This document shows positions 49,701 through 58,806 of a stretch of DNA of 64,000 nt, one piece after another. The translations under genes were made by a program, and so were the position numbers. Origin of the DNA: Candidatus Levyibacteriota bacterium. Lineage in GTDB: Bacteria > Patescibacteriota > Microgenomatia > Levybacterales > UBA12049. Each line of letters opens with the position of its first letter. The first letter of the stretch is position 1. The stretch is from contig JACOXU010000001.1 of NCBI GenBank assembly GCA_016182185.1, positions 402,915 to 466,914 of the forward strand, read 5' to 3'. Below the pieces are notes generated by a model. That model made no database searches. It saw nothing but the letters and a program-made list of their open reading frames with translations, and was not told the DNA's origin.

Positions 49701-50144
49701 TGCTGTAAAGAATGCGCCCGGGGAACGGACGAGCTGATTTACAATTGTTCGCTCCACGCCATTAATAATAAATGTTCCTTGTTCGGTCATTTGAGGAATA
49801 TCGCCCAAAAATACTTCCTGTTCGATTTTGGCATCTGTTTTTTTATTTGTAAGTACTGCATCCACATAAAGAGGCATATCAAAAGTTAATCCTTTTTCTA
49901 TAGCTATGTCCGGGGTAATTTGCGATTTGCCTATACGATATTTCTTAAACTCAAGACTCCAGTTTTTTTCGGTAAAATCATCGATTGGGGATATTTCTTT
50001 AAGAATTTCCCCAATGCCTTCTTCAATAAACCATTTATAAGATTCTTTTTGAACTGAAAGAAGATCTAATTTGGGCAAAAATGTATATTCACTACCCCAA
50101 TTTTTTCTGAGGTCGTTTTTTATTTTAATATTTGATTTAGGCAT
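46767..50144 (-). CDS. rpoB: RNA polymerase beta subunit
   Basis: SPEGPNIGL, GDKLAGRHGNKG and GGQRLGEMEVWALE. Confidence 0.99.
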   Translation of the reverse strand: MPKSNIKIKNDLRKNWGSEYTFLPKLDLLSVQKESYKWFIEEGIGEILKEISPIDDFTEKNWSLEFKKYRIGKSQITPDIAIEKGLTFDMPLYVDAVLTNKKTDAKIEQEVFLGDIPQMTEQGTFIINGVERTIVNQLVRSPGAFFTAIEDNVTGKTMYMAEIRPVHGSWLEFSTTRHETITVRIDRRRKFLATTFLRAIGIGSSDQIRERFKESEDKGNTSFIENTLKKDETGDSQEALVEIFRKLHPGEPIVLEKVKESFNGMFFNHRRYDLGDVGRYKINRKLKDIPGFSETQEHVLTIDDIVGTINFLIELAQGRDGVDDIDSLANRRVRRVGELVATNAFRVGILRLERSIKERMSLIQPDVPVSISGLINARPIMASINEFFRTSQLSTILDQTNPLSEVDNLNRLTVMGTGGISRERAAFSIRDINSSQYGRICPIRSPEGPNIGLVTYMTLYSKVNKYGFLEAPYRKIIKDKRGKKVNIKATNEIVYMAADDERDHYITHAGILSKDGTIEEQRVPVRYKGEFIEADSEKVEFVDVVPRQVVGTAASLIPFVSHDEANRALMGTHMQCQAVPLISLESPVVGTGMEQAVSEVMSRVTRAPYDGTVIYADATKVTVKSKKGEELTYKLGSFKRSSQATSYTQRTMVSTGDKVKYGDLLIDGPASDKGELALGKNLLIAYASLDGLGYEDAIVISDRLIKEDILSSIHIEKYDVAVVETKLGAEETTRDIPNVSEEDLANLDEDGIVVVGSEVGPGDILVGKIAPKGETELTAEERLLRAIFGEQAREVRDTSLRVPNGERGTVINVNILDRKKGDELEPGTIKKIIVEVAQFRHVTVGDKLAGRHGNKGVISKILPAEDMPYLSDGTPVDIIISPISVLARMNLGQLLEAHLGWAAKKLNIKISAPVFEEIGEDKIISLLKEAKLPEDGKTILYDGRTGEPYENPVVVGIEYIMKLIHMVEDKTHARSTGPYSLVTQQPLGGKAQMGGQRLGEMEVWALEAHRARYILQEMLTIKSDDVVGRAKSFEAIVKGTDIPTPKVPESFRVLIKELAALSLNVVAQGATVETPKLTELPLSEAIEEEKKEEEGKKLQEELGGEQVISNGDTATPEAEVTDEQK

Positions 50145-50177
50145 CGGATAAATTCAAAAGAAAACTTGCTACTTAAC

Positions 50178-50205
50178 AAAAAAAACACAAGGTGCAAGAC
50201 ACCTT
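50178..50205 (-). promoter_or_regulatory. Attenuator-like hairpin upstream of rpoB
   Basis: AAGGTG-TCTTG-CACCTT followed by GTG and T8 on the minus strand. Confidence 0.5.
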
Positions 50206-50272
50206 ATTCTTGTTTCAATGGCGTGTAACTCTTATAACATAGAGGCTTTTGTATGTCAATACCCTATTTGAT

Positions 50273-50659
50273 TTAGGAGATGGAATAGTTTATTTTTCTC
50301 TCGCTGGGGCCGTTGAGCTCGACCAAAATTACTCTCTGCCAATCGCCTAGCTGTAGTTCGTTATTTTCAAATATTAAAGACAATGAGGTCCCCAGAATTG
50401 ATGAAAGTATATGGTCGGGAGTGTGCGTTGGATCATGAGGATGACGAAATGAGATTTGAGGAATCATTTTTCTTACGGCTTCCAAAATATCTTTATCAGT
50501 TCCCGGATCAAGGTCAGCTGTTGTGAGTGCGCAAGTTGTATGAAGTAAATTAAGAACTATAATCCCATCTTTTTTGCCTGATTTTTTAATTAACTCATTT
50601 ATATCATCCGTAATATCTACAACTTCATCTTTTGTATTTGTTTTAACAGTAAAATTCAT
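50273..50659 (-). CDS. YjbQ/UPF0047 family protein
   Basis: DITD, HTTCALT, HILSSILG and LGDWQ.VILVELNGP. Confidence 0.88.
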   Translation of the reverse strand: MNFTVKTNTKDEVVDITDDINELIKKSGKKDGIIVLNLLHTTCALTTADLDPGTDKDILEAVRKMIPQISFRHPHDPTHTPDHILSSILGTSLSLIFENNELQLGDWQRVILVELNGPSERKINYSIS

Positions 50660-51900
50660 ATCCTTTTATTTTCCAATCTTCGCAAAGCCTTATCTTTTGC
50701 GATTGGATCGATTCTAGATTTACCCACTGCTTTTTGCAATATATTAATAGTAGCATCGTAAGTCTCTCTACCTACAGGATATGGAATTGCATCTTTTCCT
50801 CCATGTGCAAAACTGTATCTCGCCGGATCTTCGTAAGACGGGTCTGCTCCATATATAACTTCTCCTACCAGAGACAGGGCGCGTATTGTTTTGGGCCCAA
50901 CTCCTTCAATTGCCAATAAGTCTTCGTAATCTTTTGGACTTTCATAAGTAACTTTTTGGAGAATCTTATCTAGATATTTGCTTTTGGTAAAATCTTCATG
51001 AACAACAGGATGAGTTGTAAAATGCGGATCATTAAGCTTGAGAAAAGTTAATTGCTCTCCATCTTTTCCTTCTTTTTCCGATGGTACTTCAAGAGAAACC
51101 ATTTGAGAGTATTCAGAAAAATGACTTCTGAGAAGTTGTATATCTTTCATCAAGGTGTTATATCCGGATGAAACCAACTCTTGTGACAAATTTCTATTTC
51201 CTTTGCTTTTTTTATCTATGAGATTTAAAACGTTTTTCTCAAAAGCCTGCGATGCAATTCCCGCATGGGGCTCATCTATAAAGTCCTTTCCATATTTTTT
51301 ATTTTTAATATTTAATTTTTGATCTTGTAGCTCGTCATACCAATGATACCGTCTTGCTGTTGAACTGATGGTATTCATCCCCTGCTGAACTACTGCCCAG
51401 CTATCGATAACAGGAACTGAAGAATTTCGGTTTTTTTTTACCGAAAAGAAGAAAGCATGATGATAAATTTGATAACCGTCCTGGACCAGACTTGAGTCTA
51501 CTTTGGCAGTCATTTTTGAACTGTATGAAAGACTTTTTACTTTTTGAGAATCCAAACTTAATTTTTCTCCCCAAGCAAGAATCTCATCTGGTGTTTTCCT
51601 TGAAGTTTTTCCTTTTCCTCCACAGATAAAAATACCTAGTTCTTTTTCCTGTCCGCGGATTGCTTCTTTAAGAGCAGCAGTTAATATAGTGGTGAGACCT
51701 GATGCATTCCAATCAAAGGCAAGAACTGTACCCAATGACTGAAACCAGACAGGATCGGCAATTCTTTTTACAAATTCTGTTGGTCCGTATTCATCAACCA
51801 GGACCCGTGTCATTTCCCGACCCAAAGCAACCATTCGTCTAAAAAGCCAAGGAGGACACTTTCCCGTATCAAGTGTGAAAGTTGCGACGCCTCTTTTCAT
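50656..51900 (-). CDS. DUF763 family protein
   Basis: PPWLF.RM, DPVWFQSLG, GGKGKTS, VVQQGMN and FAHGGKD. Confidence 0.88.
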   Translation of the reverse strand: MKRGVATFTLDTGKCPPWLFRRMVALGREMTRVLVDEYGPTEFVKRIADPVWFQSLGTVLAFDWNASGLTTILTAALKEAIRGQEKELGIFICGGKGKTSRKTPDEILAWGEKLSLDSQKVKSLSYSSKMTAKVDSSLVQDGYQIYHHAFFFSVKKNRNSSVPVIDSWAVVQQGMNTISSTARRYHWYDELQDQKLNIKNKKYGKDFIDEPHAGIASQAFEKNVLNLIDKKSKGNRNLSQELVSSGYNTLMKDIQLLRSHFSEYSQMVSLEVPSEKEGKDGEQLTFLKLNDPHFTTHPVVHEDFTKSKYLDKILQKVTYESPKDYEDLLAIEGVGPKTIRALSLVGEVIYGADPSYEDPARYSFAHGGKDAIPYPVGRETYDATINILQKAVGKSRIDPIAKDKALRRLENKRI

Positions 51901-51946
51901 AAGATGCACTTACAAATTACCACATGCATCCTAATTTCTCAAGGAT

Positions 51947-52198
51947 TTAAGACGAAGGTCTTTTAATGTCGTAGACTACTTTTTCCTGCGGCCTTGGCCA
52001 CTGTTTGATAACTAGGTGATGATCTTGATCCGACTCTGATTCGTGCAATCGTGCTAAGTTGTATGCACGTCTGTGATTTAATTCGTCTCCTGGCCGCGCA
52101 AGAGCAACTGGTTCTTTCTCTGAAAATGGATTAAAACAAGTATTGCACTCCACAGAATAAAAACTAAAACCACCTGATAAATCACCTTCAATAGTCAT
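51947..52198 (-). CDS. Small hypothetical protein (CxxC plus His, possible Zn binding)
   Basis: ECNTC..LHE..HH. Confidence 0.5.
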   Translation of the reverse strand: MTIEGDLSGGFSFYSVECNTCFNPFSEKEPVALARPGDELNHRRAYNLARLHESESDQDHHLVIKQWPRPQEKVVYDIKRPSS

Positions 52199-52225
52199 GA
52201 TAAAAACTAGAAGATTTTATTATTT

Positions 52226-52813
52226 TTAAGAAGGCCTGTCAATTAAATCGTTAATTCTCTTATAGCAAGAACAATTTACTAGATGGTCGTTGACCATTCC
52301 TGCTGCCTGCATAAAAGCATAACAAATAGTTGAACCTACAAACTTAAATCCGCGTTTAATCAAATCTTTGCTCATCTCATCCGACTCAGAACTTTTCGCA
52401 GGAATTTCAGATAGATTTTTAAACTTATTAGTTTTCGTCTTACCATTTGTAAACTGCCAGATATATTTATCAAAACTGCCGAATTCTTTTTGTATCTCAA
52501 GAAATCTTTGGGCATTCGAAATTGCGGCATTAATTTTGGCACGGTTTCGGATAATTCCTGCATCGGTGAGCAATCGGTTATAATCTTTCTCACCGTATTT
52601 AGCAATTTTCTCTGGAGTAAAATTATCAAATGCTTTGCGGAAATTTTCTCTTTTCTTAAGTACCGTGTTCCAGGAAAGACCTGCTTGAAAAGCATCCAGA
52701 ATCATATACTCAAAAAGGGTTCTATCATCATGAACCGGAACCCCCCACTCTTCATCATGATAGACAATCATAAGTCGGTCTTCTCCTGGCCAAGAACATT
52801 TATTCTTATTCAT
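52226..52813 (-). CDS. tag: DNA-3-methyladenine glycosylase I
   Basis: YHDEEWG, FQAGLSW, IIRNRAKI and GMVNDH..C. Confidence 0.96.
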   Translation of the reverse strand: MNKNKCSWPGEDRLMIVYHDEEWGVPVHDDRTLFEYMILDAFQAGLSWNTVLKKRENFRKAFDNFTPEKIAKYGEKDYNRLLTDAGIIRNRAKINAAISNAQRFLEIQKEFGSFDKYIWQFTNGKTKTNKFKNLSEIPAKSSESDEMSKDLIKRGFKFVGSTICYAFMQAAGMVNDHLVNCSCYKRINDLIDRPS

Positions 52814-52839
52814 AAAAAGATTATATCAGGAGACCATAT

Positions 52840-53217
52840 TTATCGGTTGAGAGATTGAGATTGTATTCGGTAATATCCTGGTGCTTTAATTCTTACCGAT
52901 ACTGACTGATCTGATTTTCTTGCAAAAGAAATTTTAATCGGCATATCTTTGATCCTGTAATCAACATTTGTTTTAATTTGTTGTATTTTGCTTGTAATAG
53001 AAATATTATCTTCGATCAAACTTAAAGCAATTCTTAAAGAATCTGGGGACAAGAACATTTGAGGAACTATTCTATATGAAATCGCTGTTCTTATTTTTCT
53101 TATTTGAATCTCCTCCAATAGCGGACAGGTCAAAAAAATATTTCTGCCTTTGCCAGGGTTTCTCTCAGATGCCAATATAAGATTGGGCGGTTGTCTAACC
53201 AGACCCTTTTCTTTCAT
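52840..53217 (-). CDS. Hypothetical protein
   Basis: ORF with TATAAT 9 nt upstream of the ATG; no family recognised. Confidence 0.5.
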   Translation of the reverse strand: MKEKGLVRQPPNLILASERNPGKGRNIFLTCPLLEEIQIRKIRTAISYRIVPQMFLSPDSLRIALSLIEDNISITSKIQQIKTNVDYRIKDMPIKISFARKSDQSVSVRIKAPGYYRIQSQSLNR

Positions 53218-53304
53218 TGCAGACAAATTATAAGATGATTAAATTGAGAATTCAAGAAAAACTGGTGTTGATTTTTGAAAATATTGGGTGTATACTCCCA
53301 ACTA

Positions 53305-53964
53305 ATGTCAAAACAAATCGGAATAATTATAGGAATTATAGTGCTAGTCTTAATCGGTGGTGCAGTCGCATATACTCAATTAAATAAATCCTCACAGGCT
53401 CCGCAACAACCAACAACTGTTGGAGAGGAAAAAACCCAATCATCTGAATCAATGAACAAAGGATCTTTTAAGAGCCTCTTGGGTATGGGACAGACTGTAA
53501 CGTGTAATGTTTCTTATTCTGTTGATCAAATGGAGTCAAAGGGAACAGTTTATGTTGCGGGTAAAAAAATGAGAGGAGATTTTACTGTGAAGACCGCCGA
53601 TAGTCAAGCAATGGATAGTCACATGATTACCGATGAAATGTATATGTATTCCTGGTCCTCGGCAAATTCTCAAGGTGTAAAATTTAAGATCGACGAAGCT
53701 CTGCAAATTACACCGTCTCCAGGAGCCCAATCTCAAACTGCGCAACTTGATCAGGAAGTTGATTACAAATGTTCTTCATGGACAGTAGATAATTCAAAAT
53801 TCACTCCTCCGTCAAATATCAAATTTACAGATATGTCTAGCATGATGAATCAAATGAAAACACAACCAAGCGGGGCTACTCAAAACAACCAATCAGCAAT
53901 TTGTGACCAAATAGAAGATCCTACAGCTAAGGCATCTTGTCTTAAAGCCGTTTCTGGTCAATAA
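53305..53964 (+). CDS. Membrane-anchored exported protein
   Basis: N-terminal TM helix, then beta-rich KMRGDF..YMYSW and F.PPSN..F segments; paired Cys. Confidence 0.75.
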   Translation: MSKQIGIIIGIIVLVLIGGAVAYTQLNKSSQAPQQPTTVGEEKTQSSESMNKGSFKSLLGMGQTVTCNVSYSVDQMESKGTVYVAGKKMRGDFTVKTADSQAMDSHMITDEMYMYSWSSANSQGVKFKIDEALQITPSPGAQSQTAQLDQEVDYKCSSWTVDNSKFTPPSNIKFTDMSSMMNQMKTQPSGATQNNQSAICDQIEDPTAKASCLKAVSGQ

Positions 53965-54137
53965 TTCCCAGAAGTTTTACCAGCAGAATTCGTCTTCTTC
54001 CATAAAAATCCTTTTATAACAATCTAATCTATCAGGATACTACTTATACACCCAGCTCAGCTATTTGTCAATGTTGAAAACTGTATAAGAAAAATGCTCT
54101 TGACATCAAGCATAAAAAAATGTATAAAGTTAAACTT

Positions 54138-54689
54138 ATGAGAAGAAATGAAAGAGGCGGACATCATTATTGGAATGAGGCTCCGTTTCTGCTTGCTCCC
54201 TTTTTATCGGTTGTCCTTCTTGCATCAATTTGTTCAGATCAAAAAAATGTAAGTCCGGCCGTATCGAATAGACCTGTTCCCCAACCCACTCCCGATATTC
54301 TTGCGTTCAGAGAGGATGCAGATTGCAGAGAAGTTTTGACAGAAATACAAGGGGCCCATAACAAGAGCGGTCTCACTCCGTATGGAGGAAAGTATTATTT
54401 AATAGCCAGTCCCTTAGATGGTTCTGCTCTTCGTGTACTTGTTTTAACAAGTAAGGAAGATTTCAAAAGGGAAGTCGAAAGTTTTGATGCTAACTTAAGA
54501 GATAATCTTTCAAGAACAAACATTGAATATTTTCCTGTAACTTATTATCGCGTCGGTAAAAAAATTGAAGGAGGAGGAACTCTAGTTGATGAAAGCGTTC
54601 CGAGTATCCCGAAAGGAGAACGAGGGATTGGACCGGCATGCTATTCACCAGCTCCCGCCACCCCCGCCGCCGCTCCCGCTTCCAGATGA
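54138..54689 (+). CDS. Hypothetical protein with N-terminal hydrophobic segment
   Basis: TTGACA-17nt-TATAAA promoter precedes ATG 54138. Confidence 0.6.
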   Translation: MRRNERGGHHYWNEAPFLLAPFLSVVLLASICSDQKNVSPAVSNRPVPQPTPDILAFREDADCREVLTEIQGAHNKSGLTPYGGKYYLIASPLDGSALRVLVLTSKEDFKREVESFDANLRDNLSRTNIEYFPVTYYRVGKKIEGGGTLVDESVPSIPKGERGIGPACYSPAPATPAAAPASR

Positions 54690-56306
54690 ACCGCCTGAAA
54701 ATCCGGATGAAGAAGACGGAGCAGAAGTCGCAATATTATTTCCTATATTTGAATAAAATCCTGCATAGTTTGTGTAAAAACTACCACTATATCCCGCATA
54801 CCAGGAGGGATTATAATCAGGTTTAAGAATTTTAAGACTTTCCATAAATTTATCGATGTACCCCAGCGCAATCGCATAAGGAATCATTTGCTCAACAATA
54901 TAAAATTTTTCAGCCTGCCATTTGTAATTTCTATCCATGCTCTTTAAGAATAGTTTTAATCCGTCGATTTTAAAATCTATTTCGTCTCCTACTGCTGTTC
55001 TACCAATAAGTTTTACCGAAAGGAAAAATAAAATTCCTGCCAGAAATATATTCAGAGTAAAAAGTGAAAATAATCCTGTAAATAAAAGAAGTGATCTTTG
55101 AATTTTGGGATTCTTAAGATAATACCCTTTTTCAACCAGAAGCTTGAAAACATCTTTTTCCATTTCCTCAAATGTTTTATAAAAATCTTTTTTGAGAGTA
55201 TCAACTTCAACACTTTTTCCTGCTTCGAAAAGCCGGTTAAATAATTTTTTCTCATATGCATTTAATTTCCCGTCATCTTCTTTAAACTTTGTAATTACTT
55301 GTTCTCTATGGGACGTGTTTATAACTCTTAAAACTTTTGAGGATTTATTTATTTCTTCAAGTTTTATATACTTTCTGATTGCCAAATCAAAAATGGTGGC
55401 CACCACATCATCTCTCTCAAGTTTTGCTGTATCTATTGTCCCAGCAAGAGCAGGTGGAATTCTTTCTTTATTTAAATCTTCAGGAAAATCAAAATTAACA
55501 ACAGGTTTTCCGAATCTTTTTTTATTTTTATTCTTCTGATACCAAACAAAAAGATAAGATGCAAGAATAAAATTTAGAAAAATAAAAATCAGATAATAGT
55601 TTTTTAGGATCGGATCAAAAATAGTTTCCGCAAAAGTCTTGGGGAAAGATCTAAGAAGAATACTTTTGGGAAAAGTGTTCGGAGGATAAACCGCAACTGC
55701 GGTTAGGCCTTCGCCGGGTGACAGAATTCCCAAATTGCTCGCAGAATAACCTGACACTTCGCAGTCTTTTTCTTTTGAGCCGGTAATTCCTGTAAAACAA
55801 ATATAATCTTTTTGCTCTACGCCAAAATCAGTGGCGATAGTTATTTTGGCTGCTTCAATTGGAACTTCCCAATTATTACCTGTCGCATTCCAATAAATCT
55901 CGTCATGATCGAGAAAATTACTGCCTATACCGTTTTCAACCGTGTAGGAAATTTTATAAATATGGGTGCCGGTTATTGTCTTATTTTTATTTCCTATCTT
56001 AATATCTATCTTATCTTTGCTTTGAGTTTTTTCAAAATTTTCAGGATTATTATCTCTCTCAATCTTTAGATTCTCAATTTTTACCACTCTGTAAAGATCG
56101 CCAACTTTTGAGTAAAGCGGAATAAATCTGTATATTCCATGACGGTCCAAATTCTCAAAATCATAATTAATTGTCTCAGTAATATCCATTAATCCATTTT
56201 TATGAGCCGCAATCTGAACTTCGAAGGATCTTATTTTCTCAGCAAAAGCAGAGGATGGATTAATAAAAAATGAGAGGAAAAACAGGAAGAAAAATAACTT
56301 TTTCAC
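54645..56306 (-). CDS. DUF2207 family membrane protein
   Basis: Signal peptide, HGIYRFIP, YWNATGNNW, PYAIALG and C-terminal SSGFSGG..GGGGGSW. Confidence 0.9.
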   Translation of the reverse strand: MKKLFFFLFFLSFFINPSSAFAEKIRSFEVQIAAHKNGLMDITETINYDFENLDRHGIYRFIPLYSKVGDLYRVVKIENLKIERDNNPENFEKTQSKDKIDIKIGNKNKTITGTHIYKISYTVENGIGSNFLDHDEIYWNATGNNWEVPIEAAKITIATDFGVEQKDYICFTGITGSKEKDCEVSGYSASNLGILSPGEGLTAVAVYPPNTFPKSILLRSFPKTFAETIFDPILKNYYLIFIFLNFILASYLFVWYQKNKNKKRFGKPVVNFDFPEDLNKERIPPALAGTIDTAKLERDDVVATIFDLAIRKYIKLEEINKSSKVLRVINTSHREQVITKFKEDDGKLNAYEKKLFNRLFEAGKSVEVDTLKKDFYKTFEEMEKDVFKLLVEKGYYLKNPKIQRSLLLFTGLFSLFTLNIFLAGILFFLSVKLIGRTAVGDEIDFKIDGLKLFLKSMDRNYKWQAEKFYIVEQMIPYAIALGYIDKFMESLKILKPDYNPSWYAGYSGSFYTNYAGFYSNIGNNIATSAPSSSSGFSGGSSGSGSGGGGGGSW

Positions 56307-56339
56307 TTCTCCCCAATTATACTACTTCTTTTTGAGGTT

Positions 56340-56885
56340 TTATTTTACATCCAACAGTTCGATGTCGAAAATAAGTGTTGCATCAGGAGGAATAGATCCT
56401 GCTCCCTGTGAACCGTAAGCAAGATCAGGAGGAATAATAAGTCTTCTTATTCCTCCAACTTTCATGCCCAAAATTCCCTGATCCCAACCCTTGATCACCT
56501 GTCCCATACCAATTACGGTTGCAAACGGCTGTCTTCCGACCGAACTATCAAAAACCTCTCCGTTAGTGAGTCTGCCTATATAATGAACCGTGACTGTATT
56601 TCCGCTTTTTACCTCTGCTCCGGTTCCTACTTTTGTATCTTCAACCTTAAGCTCTGTAACTGGGCCGAATGTTGGTATGGGAGTAGTTTGAGGTTTTGTG
56701 GGGGAAACAGCAAGAGACAATGTTGGTGAAATAACATTAGTCGGAGTCAAAGTTATTGTAGGAAAAGGAGTAAGTGGAATACCGTTTGCTGGAATGGACG
56801 ATTTTCTATCTATATTCATAACAATAACAGTTGCAATTACAACCAGAATCATAAATATAAATACCAGTAAATATTTATTTTCCAT
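56340..56885 (-). CDS. Membrane-anchored FKBP-type peptidyl-prolyl isomerase
   Basis: TM helix, Pro/Thr linker, then VHY.G.L.NG..FDSS, VIKGWDQG and IPPDLAYG. Confidence 0.93.
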   Translation of the reverse strand: MENKYLLVFIFMILVVIATVIVMNIDRKSSIPANGIPLTPFPTITLTPTNVISPTLSLAVSPTKPQTTPIPTFGPVTELKVEDTKVGTGAEVKSGNTVTVHYIGRLTNGEVFDSSVGRQPFATVIGMGQVIKGWDQGILGMKVGGIRRLIIPPDLAYGSQGAGSIPPDATLIFDIELLDVK

Positions 56886-56954
56886 ATTGAATGGGGTAAT
56901 TTTAGCAGAAAACTCAATGAGATGGTATAATCAAGTAAATTTTGTAAAGCACAA

Positions 56955-58805
56955 ATGAAGGCAAAAGACATAGTTGACAAATATATTTCTTTTTTTGAAA
57001 AACGCGGACATAAAAGAATTGCCAACTCGCCTCTTGTACCGCAAAATGACCCCACCACTCTTTTCACTTCATCCGGTATGCAGCCGCTGATCCAATATTT
57101 CTTAGGTGAAATTCATCCCCAAGGAAAAAGATTAGTTAATGTACAAAATTGCTTCCGGGCAGCCGATATCGATGAAATAGGAGATAACCGTCATACCACT
57201 TTTTTCCGAATGCTTGGAAATTGGTCACTCGGAGATCCTGCCCGCAATGCTTCGCAACGCGATGCAGGCGGGTATTTCAAGAAAGAACAACTTAAATGGT
57301 ACTGGGAATTTTTAACAAAAGAAATTGGTCTTCTAAAAGAAAAACTTTATGTAACTATCTTCAACGGTTTTAATGATATCTCCAAAGATAATGAATCTTT
57401 AAAGATCTGGACAGAAATTTTTGAAAAAGAAGGTTTAAATGCAAATGAGCGAATTTTTCATTACGGAGCAGATAAAAATTGGTGGTCAAGAGCAGGTGAA
57501 CCAGAAAAAATGCCCGAGGGGGAACCAGGTGGACCGGACAGCGAGGTCTTTTATTTATTTGATGTTGCCCATGACAAAAAATATGGAAAAGAATGTCATC
57601 CGAATTGCCAATGCGGACGTTTTATGGAAATCGGCAACTCGGTCTTTATGGAATATCAAAAAACAAAGGATAATAAGTTCAAACCGCTCCCGCAAAAAAA
57701 TGTTGATTTCGGAGGAGGCGTGGAAAGACTTTTGGCAGCTGTCGAAGACCAAAATGATGTATTTCAAACATCTCTATTTTTACCAATCGTAAAGAGCATC
57801 GAAAGAGTTTCTGAAAAAGATTATCGATCTAACCATAAGACAATGCAGATTATTGCTGACCATCTCGTTGCAGCAGTTTTTATAACAGCGGCCGGAATAG
57901 CACCTTCAAATAAAGAACAAGGGTATATCCTTCGAAGGCTTATACGAAGAGGTCTGGATAATTTTTATAAACTTGAGGGAAAAGATATTAAAACAATTCT
58001 TACATCGATTGTTGATCAGTATAAAGAGACTGATCCCCCTCTTTTAGTAGACTTTGAAAAAATAAAATTGACGATTATTGAAGAAGAACAGATTTACAAA
58101 AGTACACTTTCTCGTGCCAAAAGTTACATTGAAAAAAAATATCCCTCGACGGGTTCAGAACAAGTCGGAGACGAAATAAAGGGAGTAAGAAAAATCTTAT
58201 CAGATGATGCATTTATTCTTTATTCAACTCATGGACTTTCTCCTACTCAGATAAAAAGTCTGGGATTTTTATTTGACGAGCAAAAATTTGCAGAAAAAAT
58301 GAAAGAACATCAAAAAGTTTCCCGCAAAGGTGCTGAAAAAAAATTCAGAGGGGGCCTTGCAGACCATTCTGAAAAAACAATTATGGGACACACAGCGACT
58401 CATCTTCTCCATCAGGCTTTAAGAGATATCCTGGGAAAACATGTTTTCCAAACCGGTTCAAATATAACAAATGAGAGAGTAAGGTTTGATTTTAATTTTG
58501 AAAGAAAATTAACAGATGAAGAAATTAAAAAAGTTGAAAACATTATAAATGAAAAGATAAAAGAAAATCTTCCCGTCCATTTTGAAATAATGACACTTGA
58601 TAGGGCTCAAAAATTAGGAGCAATTGGACTCTTTGATGAAAAATACGAAGATAAAGTAAAAATATATTTTATAGGAAACTATTCAAAAGAGTTTTGCGGA
58701 GGGCCTCATGTTGAGTTTACAGGAATATTAAAAAGGTTTAAGATATTAAAGCAGGAAAACATCGGACACGGACAAAGACGAATATACAGCCAAGTATTCG
58801 ACTAA
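56955..58805 (+). CDS. alaS: Alanine--tRNA ligase (lacking C-Ala domain)
   Basis: LFTSSGMQP, HTTFF.MLGNWS.GD, IADH, HTATHLL and EFCGGPHV. Confidence 0.95.
   Translation: MKAKDIVDKYISFFEKRGHKRIANSPLVPQNDPTTLFTSSGMQPLIQYFLGEIHPQGKRLVNVQNCFRAADIDEIGDNRHTTFFRMLGNWSLGDPARNASQRDAGGYFKKEQLKWYWEFLTKEIGLLKEKLYVTIFNGFNDISKDNESLKIWTEIFEKEGLNANERIFHYGADKNWWSRAGEPEKMPEGEPGGPDSEVFYLFDVAHDKKYGKECHPNCQCGRFMEIGNSVFMEYQKTKDNKFKPLPQKNVDFGGGVERLLAAVEDQNDVFQTSLFLPIVKSIERVSEKDYRSNHKTMQIIADHLVAAVFITAAGIAPSNKEQGYILRRLIRRGLDNFYKLEGKDIKTILTSIVDQYKETDPPLLVDFEKIKLTIIEEEQIYKSTLSRAKSYIEKKYPSTGSEQVGDEIKGVRKILSDDAFILYSTHGLSPTQIKSLGFLFDEQKFAEKMKEHQKVSRKGAEKKFRGGLADHSEKTIMGHTATHLLHQALRDILGKHVFQTGSNITNERVRFDFNFERKLTDEEIKKVENIINEKIKENLPVHFEIMTLDRAQKLGAIGLFDEKYEDKVKIYFIGNYSKEFCGGPHVEFTGILKRFKILKQENIGHGQRRIYSQVFD
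57237..57272. repeat. 36-nt hairpin inserted in frame in alaS
   Basis: CCTGCCCGCA..TGCAGGCGGG encodes PARNASQRDAGG and splits the conserved GD|YFK. Confidence 0.8.
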
Positions 58806-58806
58806 T

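Noticed and set aside
54645-54689. 45-nt convergent overlap giving a Pro/Ala-rich tail
   Set aside because: It is simply the antisense reading of the Gly/Ser tail of DUF2207.
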